Assembly (NCBI GenBank): GCA_046757665.1
Contig: JBHHYO010000001.1
Span: 32,001 to 96,000, forward strand
DNA length: 64,000 nucleotides
Direction: 5' to 3'
Source of the DNA: Nitrospinales bacterium
Lineage (GTDB): Bacteria > Nitrospinota > Nitrospinia > Nitrospinales > JAJDAT01
Shown: piece by piece, positions 25,552 through 36,270 of the stretch
Layout: each line of letters begins with the position of its first letter
Position numbering within the stretch: position 1 is the first letter of the stretch
Position numbers and translations under genes: made by a program
The notes under the pieces: generated by a model
Seen by the model: the letters and a program-made list of their open reading frames with translations, nothing else
Database searches by the model: none
What the model was told of the DNA's origin: nothing

Positions 25552-28500
25552 ATGCCGTACCCCGCCACTGGCCTCAAAAATTTTTCTCTGGACTTTAAAA
25601 ACTCGTTTCGCCGTCCGCGGGACGGGGAAAAAATCGAATTGTCGCCGCCATCGGGGTTTGCCTTGATGCCCGAAGGCGGCCTGGTTGTCGCCGACGACTT
25701 CAACCACCGCATCCAGCTTTACGACCGGGAACACAACCTGCAAACCTGTTTCGGGGAAAAGGGAAAAGACAACGGACAGTTCATGTATCCCCGGGGGATT
25801 GCCGTCGATTCCGAGGGACATATTTATGTCGCTGACAGCTGGAATCACCGTGTGCAAAAGTTCGACGCATCGGGAAACCATTTGTTGACTTTTGGCGATC
25901 ATGGGGAAGGGTGGGGACAGTTGAACGAGCCTTACGATGTTCTGGCGCTTCCCTCGGGCGAAATCGTCGTCGTGGAGCGATACAACCATCGAATCCAGTT
26001 TTTCGACGCCGGGGGACATTCCCTCGGTTGGGTTGGAGCCCGCGGGACCGTGCTGGAAGACCGGCTGGCGCAGATTTATGAAACGCCTCCCCATCTTTTT
26101 CCCCGGCCGGTATTTGAATTTCCAACCTCCATCGCGCAGGACAGCCTGGGAAACTTTTTCGTCGCCGACAGCGGCAACCATAGAATCGTCAAGTTCGATC
26201 CGCGGTGGAACCTCGTTGGAGTCATTGGCGAAAAGGGCGGCGAAGCCGGGCAATTTCAATACCCTCTCTGCGTCGCAACCGGTCCAAACGATTTGTTATA
26301 CGTTGCCGACCTGAATAACAATCGGGTTCAGGTGTTTACCTCGCAAGGGCAGTTCCTGACGGCGATTGATGAAGGCGGCGAAAAAATCCAAACGCCCTGC
26401 CTGACTCTTGTGGATGCCGAGGGACGACTGTACGTTGGGTTGACTTTCAACCCCGCCGTTCTGGTTTTTCAAACCTCATCCCGCTCTCCGGATTCTATTT
26501 ATAAAAGCTTCGCCGAAGAGCAAGCGAAGGATTTCCGGGTGTTCTTTTCCCGGGGAAACTTTCACGAAGAAACCGGGTCGGCGGACCTCGCGCTGGAAGC
26601 CTACGGCAAGGCCGTTTCCATTTTAGCGGCTCAAGGCGGTCAGGATTCTTTTGACCCGTCTTTCGGTTTCGAGCAAGCCGCCTGTCTCCCCTTGCGTTTT
26701 TGCCGGGCGGCGGCTCAGGGTCCGCACGACCGGGAAATTGAGTCCTCGCTTCTGCAATGTCTGGATATTTATGATGCGCTTACCCGGAGCCTCTACCAAA
26801 AAATTCTGGATCGCAAGAAAGAATGGGACGACGCGGCGACAATTTATTTTCGGGAATTGATCCGCGAGGAAAACCTGATCCTGAACCAAAAAGAGGACCC
26901 CCTTGCGTTCAACAAAAAACTTTATTCGGCGGAAAAGGCGGACAAAACATTTTTCCGCGAAATCCGGATTTTGTTTTACTACTACAGGAAGGTTTGTGAG
27001 CAAAAGGCGGAATTCGTTCTTGCCTTGTTACATTCCGAATTGTCCGCCCAGGGCGTGGAAAAACTCGTGGCCTCCCTTGAATCCAGGTACCACGCCATCT
27101 GCGGCGAAATCAACGTGATTCTGGATGACAAGGAAAACCATGAGGTCGCCATGGTCGGCGCTTTGTCTGGCGCGGAAAATAACGAGGAGAAATGGGAGAG
27201 CTTTCGCATCAAATCCATGCTCAACGCCAGGCTCATGGACAGCCTCAAGCATTTTTTGTTTGAGTTGCGTTCTATTTTGAAAAGTATCAAGGCGACGGCC
27301 TTGAAGTTTCAAAACGCTTCGGTAAGAAACTGCTTGACGGAACTGTTCATCAAAGTGCCCGTCGCTTCCCTGATTCCCTCCATTTTGTTACGGATTCAGG
27401 AAGATTGGGACACGCTCCCCTCCCTGGAAACGGAACACAAGGAAATTCTGGATATCTGGCTTGCGGGGCATCGGGGGCAAGGAGAAGTGCGGCGTGTCGA
27501 CAACGATTTTTTCGCTCCGGTTCCTTACGATGTTGAGGATGTGGATACCGGGGACATTGTGCGTGCCCTGTTGATGGAGGGGGCGCCGCCGGCAAAAACC
27601 GAACAGGGGCTGGCTTGCGGTAATGAAATTTATCCGCCGGAATCCCTCGGAGACGATGCCGAAAACATCTGCGCACAGTTGCGGGCCGTGCTGGACAATT
27701 CCGCGACATATGAGAAAAAAACCGCAGAGACCTTCAAGGAGCTGGAATCTTTTTCCCTGCAAAAGGCCGACCTGGAAACCAAACTGAAGAACGTCAATCC
27801 TCGCGACAAAAAAGAGCCTATCCCTTTGCGCAACAACCTTCAGGTCGTGGAATTCCAGATCAACCTGTTGAAACGGATGATCAAGACGTTGGAAATCAAT
27901 GAAATGAACAACCTGCTCAAGCTGGTTCTCGGCGCCGCGTTGGCGGCTGTTGCTCCCGTCTGCCGCGACCGCAAGCCGACCCGGGATTTGTTCGATGCGC
28001 TACGATCTTACCGGGACGATTTGCAGGCAAGGACCGCAAGCGCCACCCTGCAAATGAAATCCGTGGTCCTGAAAAAGGGCGCCCTGGAAAAGCAACTGAA
28101 AGAAGAACTTTTCAAACACGATATCAGTCATATCGATCAATCCGTTAAAATCAAGGACGGCCTTTTAAAGGCGCAAATAGAATTGAACCGCTTGACGGCG
28201 GATTTGGCCCGCCGTTTCAGGCCTAAAAACCTCCTGGACAAATTATTCGATTTCGTTTCGCAAGCCGGGGAAGCCGCATCCGCGCAGGACGGTTTTCGCA
28301 TGAAGTTCAAGTTTGTGTCCGGAGGGCTGGGTTTGGACGCCGGACACTTTCTTTATCCTCTCGGCATTACGCACACTCCGGAAGGCGATTTGCTGATAGC
28401 CGACTATGACCGTCATTTGATCCGCAAATTTTCCCGGGAAGGGGTCTACCGCTTCTCTTTTGGGGGGATGGGCAATGCCCGGGGGGCTTTTAACTCGCCC

Positions 28501-29157
28501 GCCGGGGTGCAGGTCGATCCGCGGGGAAACATCTATGTGGCGGACCAACTGAACCACCGCATCCAGAAACTCGCGCCGGACGGGAAATTCCTTTTGGCTT
28601 TTGGCGACCGGGGAAAACAGGAAGAGCGGCTGGGGGAAATCTATTCTCTTTCCATGGATACGGAAAACAATATCTGGGTGGCCGATCCGCAACATCACCG
28701 CGTGGCTATTTTCTCCCCGCTGGGGGAATACCTGCGCGCCATCGGCAAGCAGGGAAAGCGCCCCGAGGAACTTTGCGAGCCCGTCAGCGTCTGTTGCCTG
28801 GAAAACGGCGATTACCTGGTGGGAGACCGGTCGGAGTATGTTTTAAAACGTTTCAACCCGAAAGGCGAGCTGTTACACGTCCTCAAAAAAGACATTCCCA
28901 CCATCGACGTGGTATTTTTCCTGACCTCGGATCCCCGCTACGGAATCTTCGCCGCGGAGTCGCTGAACAAACGGCTTCTCCGGCTGAATTCCAAACTGGA
29001 GCCGGTCTTTATCTATCATTGTCCCGGCGACCGTGCCGGCGGATTTGGAATTATCGGCGGATTATCCATTCACGGCGACACCCTGATGGTGACGGATTCG
29101 GGAAACCACCGGATCCAGGCTTTTGAGTTGCAACTGAAGGATCACGTCTCCACTTAG
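25552..29157 (+). CDS. Large protein with N- and C-terminal NHL beta-propellers flanking a helical/coiled-coil core
   Basis: Repeated F.YP.GIAVD..G.IYVAD..NHR(I/V)QKF units at both ends; central helical, K/E/L-rich region. Confidence 0.85.
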   Translation: MPYPATGLKNFSLDFKNSFRRPRDGEKIELSPPSGFALMPEGGLVVADDFNHRIQLYDREHNLQTCFGEKGKDNGQFMYPRGIAVDSEGHIYVADSWNHRVQKFDASGNHLLTFGDHGEGWGQLNEPYDVLALPSGEIVVVERYNHRIQFFDAGGHSLGWVGARGTVLEDRLAQIYETPPHLFPRPVFEFPTSIAQDSLGNFFVADSGNHRIVKFDPRWNLVGVIGEKGGEAGQFQYPLCVATGPNDLLYVADLNNNRVQVFTSQGQFLTAIDEGGEKIQTPCLTLVDAEGRLYVGLTFNPAVLVFQTSSRSPDSIYKSFAEEQAKDFRVFFSRGNFHEETGSADLALEAYGKAVSILAAQGGQDSFDPSFGFEQAACLPLRFCRAAAQGPHDREIESSLLQCLDIYDALTRSLYQKILDRKKEWDDAATIYFRELIREENLILNQKEDPLAFNKKLYSAEKADKTFFREIRILFYYYRKVCEQKAEFVLALLHSELSAQGVEKLVASLESRYHAICGEINVILDDKENHEVAMVGALSGAENNEEKWESFRIKSMLNARLMDSLKHFLFELRSILKSIKATALKFQNASVRNCLTELFIKVPVASLIPSILLRIQEDWDTLPSLETEHKEILDIWLAGHRGQGEVRRVDNDFFAPVPYDVEDVDTGDIVRALLMEGAPPAKTEQGLACGNEIYPPESLGDDAENICAQLRAVLDNSATYEKKTAETFKELESFSLQKADLETKLKNVNPRDKKEPIPLRNNLQVVEFQINLLKRMIKTLEINEMNNLLKLVLGAALAAVAPVCRDRKPTRDLFDALRSYRDDLQARTASATLQMKSVVLKKGALEKQLKEELFKHDISHIDQSVKIKDGLLKAQIELNRLTADLARRFRPKNLLDKLFDFVSQAGEAASAQDGFRMKFKFVSGGLGLDAGHFLYPLGITHTPEGDLLIADYDRHLIRKFSREGVYRFSFGGMGNARGAFNSPAGVQVDPRGNIYVADQLNHRIQKLAPDGKFLLAFGDRGKQEERLGEIYSLSMDTENNIWVADPQHHRVAIFSPLGEYLRAIGKQGKRPEELCEPVSVCCLENGDYLVGDRSEYVLKRFNPKGELLHVLKKDIPTIDVVFFLTSDPRYGIFAAESLNKRLLRLNSKLEPVFIYHCPGDRAGGFGIIGGLSIHGDTLMVTDSGNHRIQAFELQLKDHVST

Positions 29158-29807
29158 CCCTTTTGGGTGACTCCCACTCTTTTGCAGAACTCGGCGATGC
29201 GGCATGAATCGCAAAGCGGCGATAAGGGTTTGCAGACGTTTTGCCCAAAAGCCACCAGCAAGCCGTTGAGTTCCTTCCAGAATTTTTTAGGCAATTTTTT
29301 CCTCAAAGCCTGTTCCGTGCTGTCCGGCGACCGGGTGGCGACGTAGCCCCACCGGTTGACGATCCTGTGAACATGGGTATCGACGCAGATTCCCGGTTTG
29401 TCGTAGCCCAGGATCACGGTCAGGTTGGCGGTTTTTCTGCCGACACCCTTGAGCTTCAGAAGTTCGTCTATGGAATCGGGAACCCGCCCGCCGTAGTTAT
29501 CCAGCAGTCGCCGGCAGATATTGTGCAGGGTTTTGGTTTTCACCCGGTAGAAAGCCGCCGGGTAAATGGCGTTTTCAATGGATCGGGGGTCGAGACCGAG
29601 CATTGCGCCCGGCGTGTCGGCAAGGGCGAACAGGCGGCGAGTGGCGGCGTCCGTCACGGCGTCCCGCGTACGCAGGCTGAGGATGCAACTCACGAGAACC
29701 CGGAACGGTTGTTTCTCCCGGCCGGCACGGACAACTGCTGGAGTTTCCCATTGCCGGGCGGCTTGTTTGACGAGATGGATTGCCTGTTCAATTTGTGATT
29801 GGGTCAC
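29154..29807 (-). CDS. nth: Endonuclease III
   Basis: HhH LKGVGRKTAN, VDTHVHR, CKPLSPLCDSCRIAEFC Fe-S motif. Confidence 0.92.
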   Translation of the reverse strand: MTQSQIEQAIHLVKQAARQWETPAVVRAGREKQPFRVLVSCILSLRTRDAVTDAATRRLFALADTPGAMLGLDPRSIENAIYPAAFYRVKTKTLHNICRRLLDNYGGRVPDSIDELLKLKGVGRKTANLTVILGYDKPGICVDTHVHRIVNRWGYVATRSPDSTEQALRKKLPKKFWKELNGLLVAFGQNVCKPLSPLCDSCRIAEFCKRVGVTQKG

Positions 29808-29947
29808 GGTTGTTTCCCGGCGGCGGACAAAGTCGCGGGCTCTATGGAAAATGCGGAACGTTTTTGTTATTATAACCTCTTTGACCGCTCAAACTGAAAG
29901 CCCGTGGTTTGCGCTACTCATTAACTATTTAAACAACCTTTGACCCG

Positions 29948-30436
29948 ATGCAACATACGATTGCCGTTTTAGTCACCAACCGTTTTGGCGTGTTGTCGCG
30001 CATTTCCGGCTTGTTCAGTGGTCGCGGTTTCAATATCGAGAGTCTTAACGTAGCGGAAACCAACGACCCCAACGTCTCCCGAATGACGATCGTCACCCGC
30101 GGCGACGACAAAAAAATCGAGCAAATTACCAAGCAGTTGAACAAGCTGATTGACATCATCAAGGTCGTCGACTTGACGGCGGAGAGCTTCATCGACCGTG
30201 AAATGATTCTGGTTAAAATGAACGCCGAACCCGCCGCGCGGGAGGAAATTCTTCGCATTGTCGGCATTTTCCGGGCCAAGGTTGTGGATGTCAGCTCCTC
30301 CACCTACACGATCGAAATCACCGGCGACGAAGGCAAACTCAAGGGCATTTTGGAATTGTTGCGGCCCTTGGGGATCAAGGAAGTGGTGCGCTCCGGCAGA
30401 ATCGCCCTGGCCCGGGGCATGAAGTCGATAAACTAA
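29948..30436 (+). CDS. ilvN: Acetolactate synthase small (regulatory) subunit
   Basis: [40 protein letters not shown]. Confidence 0.95.
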   Translation: MQHTIAVLVTNRFGVLSRISGLFSGRGFNIESLNVAETNDPNVSRMTIVTRGDDKKIEQITKQLNKLIDIIKVVDLTAESFIDREMILVKMNAEPAAREEILRIVGIFRAKVVDVSSSTYTIEITGDEGKLKGILELLRPLGIKEVVRSGRIALARGMKSIN

Positions 30437-30498
30437 TCGGCAGGGAACAAGTACGTCTGTTTCTTGCTTCTCGAAGCACATGGAATAAGGAGAAAAAC

Positions 30499-31506
30499 GT
30501 GGGAAACATCTATTATGACCGAGACGCCGATTTAAAATACCTGGAAGGCAAAACCGTCGCCGTCATCGGTTACGGTAGCCAGGGTCATGCTCATGCCCGG
30601 AATTTATATGACAGCGGCGTCAAGTCCCTGGTCGGCTTGCGAAGGGAGAGCGCCTTTTGGGACTGCGTCGTTAAGGACGGCCTGGAGGTCTTGACCGTCG
30701 CCGAGGCTTCCAAAAAAGCCGATATCATCATGATTCTGGTCCCGGACGACAAGCAACGCGACGTTTATTTAAAAGACATCCGGCCGCACCTCGAAAAGGG
30801 AAACGCCCTGGCTTTTGGACATGGATTCAACATCCATTTCGGCCAGGTGGTTCCCCCGGACAATGTCGACGTTTTCATGGTTGCGCCCAAGGGTCCCGGA
30901 CACTTGGTGCGCCGCACCTATGAGTCGGGCGCCGGCGTGCCCTGCCTGCTGGCCGTCGAGCAGGACGTATCGGGGACTTGCCAGCAAGTCGCTCTCGCTT
31001 ACGCGAAAGCCATCGGCGGAACCCGCGCCGGTGTCCTGGAAACCAGCTTCCGGGAAGAAACGGAAACCGATCTCTTCGGTGAACAAGCTGTGCTGTGCGG
31101 AGGGCTGACCGAGTTGATCCGCGCGGCTTTCGACACGTTGGTCGAGGCCGGATACAATCCCGACCTGGCTTACTTTGAATGCCTCCACGAGGTTAAACTC
31201 ATCGTGGACCTGATTTACGAGGGCGGCATCGACAATATGCGTTACTCCATCAGCACCACCGCGGCTTACGGAGATGTTACCCGCGGGCCGAGAATTATCA
31301 CCCAGGAAACCCGCAAGGCGATGAAGGGGATCCTGCGGGAAATCCAGAACGGCAGTTTTGCCCGGGAATTCATTCTCGAAAACCAGGCCAACCGGCCGGT
31401 TTTCAATGCCCGGTTGAAAGAAGATTCTCAGCACATGATCGAAGATGTCGGCGAACGGTTGCGCAAAATGATGCCTTTTGTCGGTTCGAAAATTAACAAA
31501 CCGTGA
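30499..31506 (+). CDS. ilvC: Ketol-acid reductoisomerase
   Basis: [48 protein letters not shown]. Confidence 0.97.
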   Translation: MGNIYYDRDADLKYLEGKTVAVIGYGSQGHAHARNLYDSGVKSLVGLRRESAFWDCVVKDGLEVLTVAEASKKADIIMILVPDDKQRDVYLKDIRPHLEKGNALAFGHGFNIHFGQVVPPDNVDVFMVAPKGPGHLVRRTYESGAGVPCLLAVEQDVSGTCQQVALAYAKAIGGTRAGVLETSFREETETDLFGEQAVLCGGLTELIRAAFDTLVEAGYNPDLAYFECLHEVKLIVDLIYEGGIDNMRYSISTTAAYGDVTRGPRIITQETRKAMKGILREIQNGSFAREFILENQANRPVFNARLKEDSQHMIEDVGERLRKMMPFVGSKINKP

Positions 31507-32159
31507 TGGTGGAAAAAACACGGATACCGATAGCAAGGGAAGGACTTGTCTTCATCATTCCCTTGGGTTTGTTGAGCAGTTTTCTGTGGCTGGCGGAATG
31601 GACGATCACCGCCTCGGTCATTACCGGTTTATTTTTGTTTGTGCTTTATTTTTTTCGCGATCCGGAGCGGGCAATCCCGCCGGGTGAAGACATCATCGTT
31701 TCTCCGGCGGACGGGAAGATCATGGAAATTACCTCTGACGTGGATCCTTTCCTGGGCGAAGCGTTTACCCGCGTTACTATTTTTTTGTCTGTGTTCAACG
31801 TTCACATTAACCGGGCGCCCATTGGCGGGGAAGTCGAAAAAAAACGTTACGACCCCGGCAAAATGCTGGCCGCATTCAACCCCAGGGCTTCAAAGGAAAA
31901 TGAGCAGAATATTCTTCTGTTCGGCAATGGCCGAGCCCATATTCTGGTCAAACAAATTACCGGACTGATCGCGCGCCGCATTGTTTGCTGGGCCAACGTG
32001 GGCGACAGCTATGCCCTGGGCCAGCGGTTTGGCCTGATCCGCTTCGGCTCGCGGGTGGACATTTTCGTCCCGGCGGGAACCCGGCTGGCAGTGAAACCGG
32101 GCGACCACGTCAAGGGTGCGAGCAGTCTCATCGGCTATTTGCCGAAGGATGCGCCATGA
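31503..32159 (+). CDS. psd: Phosphatidylserine decarboxylase proenzyme
   Basis: [30 protein letters not shown] self-cleavage motif. Confidence 0.93.
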   Translation: MMVEKTRIPIAREGLVFIIPLGLLSSFLWLAEWTITASVITGLFLFVLYFFRDPERAIPPGEDIIVSPADGKIMEITSDVDPFLGEAFTRVTIFLSVFNVHINRAPIGGEVEKKRYDPGKMLAAFNPRASKENEQNILLFGNGRAHILVKQITGLIARRIVCWANVGDSYALGQRFGLIRFGSRVDIFVPAGTRLAVKPGDHVKGASSLIGYLPKDAP

Positions 32160-32908
32160 AAATAAGAAAAGGTATTTACATTCTGCCCAGTCTGTTCACG
32201 ACGGGAAATATCTTCTGCGGCTTCTACACGTTTGTCGCCGTGTTGAATGAAGAGTTTTACCTGGCCGCCTGGGCCATCGTTCTGGCCATTGTCTTTGACG
32301 GCCTGGACGGCAGAGTGGCCCGTTTGACCAAAACCACCAGTAAATTCGGCGTTCAATTCGATTCGCTGGCGGATATCATCTCATTCGGCATGGCGCCCGC
32401 GTTCATGGTTTTTTCCTGGAAGCTCAAGCCGTTCGGGCGCATAGGCTGGATGGCCGCCTTCCTGTTTTTGATCTGCGGAGCCTTGCGGCTGGCCCGATTC
32501 AATACCATGAAGTCCGACGAAGACGAAGATGGTTACTTTAACGGCCTTCCCATACCCGGCGCCGCCGCGGTGATTGCCTCGATTGTCATTTTGTCCGAGG
32601 ACCGGATTTTCACCCAGTTCCCGCCGGTATTTCTGGTCGTCATCGTTTACGTCTTGGCTTTTCTCATGGTCAGCAATATCAAATACCCCGCGTTCAAGAA
32701 GGTGGGGCTTAAAGCGCGGGTGCCTTTCGCCCGGTTTCTTTTTGTCGTTCTGGTGTTTTACCTGTTTGCGACGATTCCCCGCCTGGCTCTGGCATTTGTC
32801 AGTTTTTCTTACGCGCTCTTCGGCCCTTTGAGATTTTTGGTTTTGGTTGTCAGGAAAAAAACCGCTCCGAATACGTCGGCGACCCGGAACCGTCCGGAAA
32901 AATTTTGA
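32156..32908 (+). CDS. pssA: CDP-diacylglycerol-serine O-phosphatidyltransferase
   Basis: DGLDGRVAR..FGVQFDSLAD CDP-alcohol motif; ATGA overlap with psd. Confidence 0.93.
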   Translation: MKIRKGIYILPSLFTTGNIFCGFYTFVAVLNEEFYLAAWAIVLAIVFDGLDGRVARLTKTTSKFGVQFDSLADIISFGMAPAFMVFSWKLKPFGRIGWMAAFLFLICGALRLARFNTMKSDEDEDGYFNGLPIPGAAAVIASIVILSEDRIFTQFPPVFLVVIVYVLAFLMVSNIKYPAFKKVGLKARVPFARFLFVVLVFYLFATIPRLALAFVSFSYALFGPLRFLVLVVRKKTAPNTSATRNRPEKF

Positions 32909-33029
32909 TCGCAAGGCATTTGGGGAATCAATACGCCTGGAGCGGATCCGGGAAGAATTTCCCTTTCACCAAGCGGTCCCCCCTCTCGCCGGGGAGATCC
33001 CCGTCTAAAGCTGTCGGCAAAAGGCCCTC

Positions 33030-33869
33030 ATGTCCTGGTTAGATAAATTCAAGGCCGGAATCGGCAAAAAAATTTCCAAACCCGAGGAAATCTGGGTTGA
33101 ATGTCCGAAATGCCGGAAAAACAACCTCGCCGCCGAGCTGGAAACAATTCTCTTCGTCTGTCCCAAATGCGACAACCATCTTCGCATGGGCGCCTTGGAG
33201 CGGATTCATATGATCCTCGAACCGGACGGTTTGACCCAGTACGATCAAGGCCTGGTGTCCGTCGATCCGTTGAAGTTCAAGGACAAAAAAAAATACAAGG
33301 ATCGTATTAAATCAGCGCTCAAAAAAACATCCGGTAGCGATGCGGTCATTACCGCTTCCGGAATGCTGGGCGAGCACCGCGTCGAGGTGTGCGCGTTTGA
33401 GTTCAGCTTCATGGGAGGAAGCATGGGGTCGGTCGTCGGAGAAAAGATCACCCGTAGCATTGATCGGGCCATCCAGAACGACACGCCGTTGATTATTTTC
33501 AGCAGTTCGGGCGGCGCCCGTATGCAGGAGGGAATTCTTTCCCTGATGCAAATGGCCAAAACCTCCTCCGCCCTGCAACAGCTTGCGGAACGGAAGATTC
33601 CCTATATCTCCGTTTTAACCGATCCCACCACGGGAGGAGTCTCGGCCAGCCTGGCCATGCTGGGCGACATCATTCTGGCGGAACCGGGCGCCCTGATTGG
33701 TTTTGCCGGTCGCCGGGTGATCGAGCAGACCATTCAGGAAAAAATTCCCGACGGCTTTCAAACCGCCGAATTCCTGCTACAAAACGGATTGATCGACAAC
33801 GTAGTTCACAGGCGGGACATGAAAAAAACGCTGGCCAAGTTGCTGACCTTGCTCAAAAACCGGAATTGA
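33030..33869 (+). CDS. accD: Acetyl-CoA carboxylase carboxyltransferase beta subunit
   Basis: Zn finger CPKC..CPKC, FMGGSMGSVVGE, SGGARMQEG, PTTGGVSAS. Confidence 0.96.
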   Translation: MSWLDKFKAGIGKKISKPEEIWVECPKCRKNNLAAELETILFVCPKCDNHLRMGALERIHMILEPDGLTQYDQGLVSVDPLKFKDKKKYKDRIKSALKKTSGSDAVITASGMLGEHRVEVCAFEFSFMGGSMGSVVGEKITRSIDRAIQNDTPLIIFSSSGGARMQEGILSLMQMAKTSSALQQLAERKIPYISVLTDPTTGGVSASLAMLGDIILAEPGALIGFAGRRVIEQTIQEKIPDGFQTAEFLLQNGLIDNVVHRRDMKKTLAKLLTLLKNRN

Positions 33870-33872
33870 CCG

Positions 33873-34835
33873 TTAAACCCCAAGACTGCTCACGGCGTCC
33901 TGTAGCGACATGGCGATACAGGTAAAAATCGGAATGTCGTTTTCCGTGTAGCGGCTACCCTCCGTTTCCCTGAGGTCCATGACCAGGTCCAGAAAGTCCT
34001 GCGGATAGTCCGTCTCGAAGGCAACGACAAACTCGTTGTCGTCCAGACCGAACGAGTAGCTGGTGTTCAGTTTTACCGACGGGTACTTGTTGCCGATATA
34101 AATGTGCTCATCCATGATCCCCTGGCGGGTATGCTTGGTGAGCAGGTACCATTCCCGCTTCTTGGTGAAGGGGTAGATGAACAGATACTTTGCCTTGCCC
34201 GGAATGATATGGGTCCGGTCTTCCTCATGTTCCGGGTTGAAGATATCGAGGTAGGTGGACTGTTTGGTCATGGAAAGATAAGAGTAAGTCTGGTTCAGGT
34301 ATTTGCCTAACCCGGTGCTGTGCATCTTGGTGGTCATTTTCTGGAAATTTTCGATCTCATAGCTAATGCGCCAGAACATGATATCCGCGTCGCAACGAAT
34401 ACCCACCGTCGAATAACTCAGGACAATGATGTCGTCGTTGCTGTCGTAATCTTCGAGGACGTCGAGGTATTCCTTTTTCGCCTTGGCCTGCTCTTCCTGG
34501 GAAAGGCGCCTGAAAGCCGGGTCGAGCTTGTAAAACGCAAAATTGATGAACTGCCGCTTCACCTCTTTCTTGCCTTCAACAGCCTGGGTTTTTGCTTTTT
34601 CCTGTTCGGCTTGTCTTTTCTGCATCGCCGCGCCTTCACGCTCCTGCCGCGCGCGCGACACGACATCGTCATCTATGACCGAAACGCCGATGTCCTTGGC
34701 AAACTGCTCAATGCCGCGCACGACGCCCTTGCGCACGAAGAAAGGCACGTTTTTCATGCGGGCGCTGGCGCTTTCCGTCCATTGCAACTCCGTTGTGGGC
34801 ATCGACTCTTCCAGTTCCTTGTCATCAATACTCAT
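33873..34835 (-). CDS. Chlorite-dismutase/coproheme-decarboxylase (ChdC/HemQ)-family protein with N-terminal PCP_red-like domain
   Basis: WTESASARMKNVPFFVRKGVVRGIEQFA (BchB/ChlB C-terminal-like); IYPFTKKREWYLL, MDEH, SFGLDD, EFVVAFE; start taken at ATG 34835. Confidence 0.8.
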   Translation of the reverse strand: MSIDDKELEESMPTTELQWTESASARMKNVPFFVRKGVVRGIEQFAKDIGVSVIDDDVVSRARQEREGAAMQKRQAEQEKAKTQAVEGKKEVKRQFINFAFYKLDPAFRRLSQEEQAKAKKEYLDVLEDYDSNDDIIVLSYSTVGIRCDADIMFWRISYEIENFQKMTTKMHSTGLGKYLNQTYSYLSMTKQSTYLDIFNPEHEEDRTHIIPGKAKYLFIYPFTKKREWYLLTKHTRQGIMDEHIYIGNKYPSVKLNTSYSFGLDDNEFVVAFETDYPQDFLDLVMDLRETEGSRYTENDIPIFTCIAMSLQDAVSSLGV

Positions 34836-35047
34836 GGTTTGTTCTCTGCTTTGTTGGGTTTTTAAAAAAAATCTTTTCCGGTTCAGGGAGGATTCGACGG
34901 CCTTCCCGCGGAAGTTCACTTTAAAATGAATTGAATTAAAATCTATAATAGACTGGGCGAAATGGAATTTCAACCATTATGCCCCTCGATTTTTAGGCGG
35001 CGCGGTTTTCGATCTCCGGGGCGCCCGGTTCACAAGGAAGCGGAACG

Positions 35048-36250
35048 ATGAACACACAGGATTACATCCGATTGGAAAACGAATACGGCGCGCATAATTA
35101 TCAGCCGCTCGATGTGGTATTGTGCCGGGGCGAAGGCATTTGGGTCTGGGATGTCGAAGGCAAAAAGTACCTGGATTGCCTGTCGTCCTACTCCGCCGTG
35201 AACCAGGGCCATTGCCACCCCAAAATCTTGCGTACCCTGGTCGAGCAGGCCGGCAAACTGACGCTCGTCTCGCGCGCGTTCCGCAACGACCAACTGGGCT
35301 TGTTTTACCGGGAAATCTGCGAGCTGACCCGGTCGCACAGCGTACTGCCCATGAACAGCGGCGCCGAGGCCGTCGAGTCCGCCATCAAGGCGGTGCGCAA
35401 GTGGGGCTACCAGATCAAGAAAGTCCCGCCGGGCCGGGCGGAAATCATCACCTGCGCCAACAATTTTCACGGCCGCACCCTGACCATTGTCGGATTCAGC
35501 ACCGAGTCCCAGTACCGCGACGGTTACGCCCCCTTCACCCCCGGATTCAAAACCATCCCCTTCGGCGACGCGGCAAGCCTGGAGAAAACCATCACCGACA
35601 ATACCGTTGCGTTCCTGGTCGAGCCCATCCAGGGAGAGGGCGGGGTGGTCCTGCCGCCGCCGGGCTATTTGAAATCCGTCCGCAAAATCTGCGACGACCG
35701 CAACGTCATTCTGGTGCTCGACGAAATACAAACCGGGCTGGGCCGCACCGGCAAACTGTTCGCCGAGGAGTACGATTCCATTCAGTCGGACCTGACCCTA
35801 GTGGGCAAGGCATTGTCCGGTGGCTTCTATCCCGTCTCCGCCGTACTCTCCAACAAGGAGGTGCTCGGCGTTTTCCGGCCGGGCGACCACGGGAGCACCT
35901 TCGGCGGCAATCCCCTGGCCTGCGCCGTGGCGCGGACGGCGCTGAAAACGCTGGTGGAGGAACGTATGATCGAAAACGCCGCCGCCATGGGAGAATATTT
36001 TTTAGCCAAACTTCATGAAATCGATTCCCCGCATATCAAGGAAATCCGCGGCCGGGGACTGCTGATCGGCGTCGAGCTGTTTCCGCAGGCCGGCGGGGCG
36101 CGCCGGTTTTGCGAGGCGCTCATGCAAACGGGCATCCTTTGCAAGGAAACCCATCAACACGTCATCCGCTTCGCGCCGCCCCTCATCATCCGGAAAGAAA
36201 ACATCGACTGGGCCATGGAGCGGATTCACACCGCGCTGACGCGGAAGTGA
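35048..36250 (+). CDS. rocD: Ornithine aminotransferase
   Basis: [56 protein letters not shown]. Confidence 0.93.
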   Translation: MNTQDYIRLENEYGAHNYQPLDVVLCRGEGIWVWDVEGKKYLDCLSSYSAVNQGHCHPKILRTLVEQAGKLTLVSRAFRNDQLGLFYREICELTRSHSVLPMNSGAEAVESAIKAVRKWGYQIKKVPPGRAEIITCANNFHGRTLTIVGFSTESQYRDGYAPFTPGFKTIPFGDAASLEKTITDNTVAFLVEPIQGEGGVVLPPPGYLKSVRKICDDRNVILVLDEIQTGLGRTGKLFAEEYDSIQSDLTLVGKALSGGFYPVSAVLSNKEVLGVFRPGDHGSTFGGNPLACAVARTALKTLVEERMIENAAAMGEYFLAKLHEIDSPHIKEIRGRGLLIGVELFPQAGGARRFCEALMQTGILCKETHQHVIRFAPPLIIRKENIDWAMERIHTALTRK

Positions 36251-36270
36251 TCGCGGCCCGCCTTTGACGC

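Noticed and set aside
33873-34835. Calling this gene a true chlorite dismutase (cld)
   Set aside because: The distal Arg appears absent and there is no signal peptide; ChdC-like is more likely.
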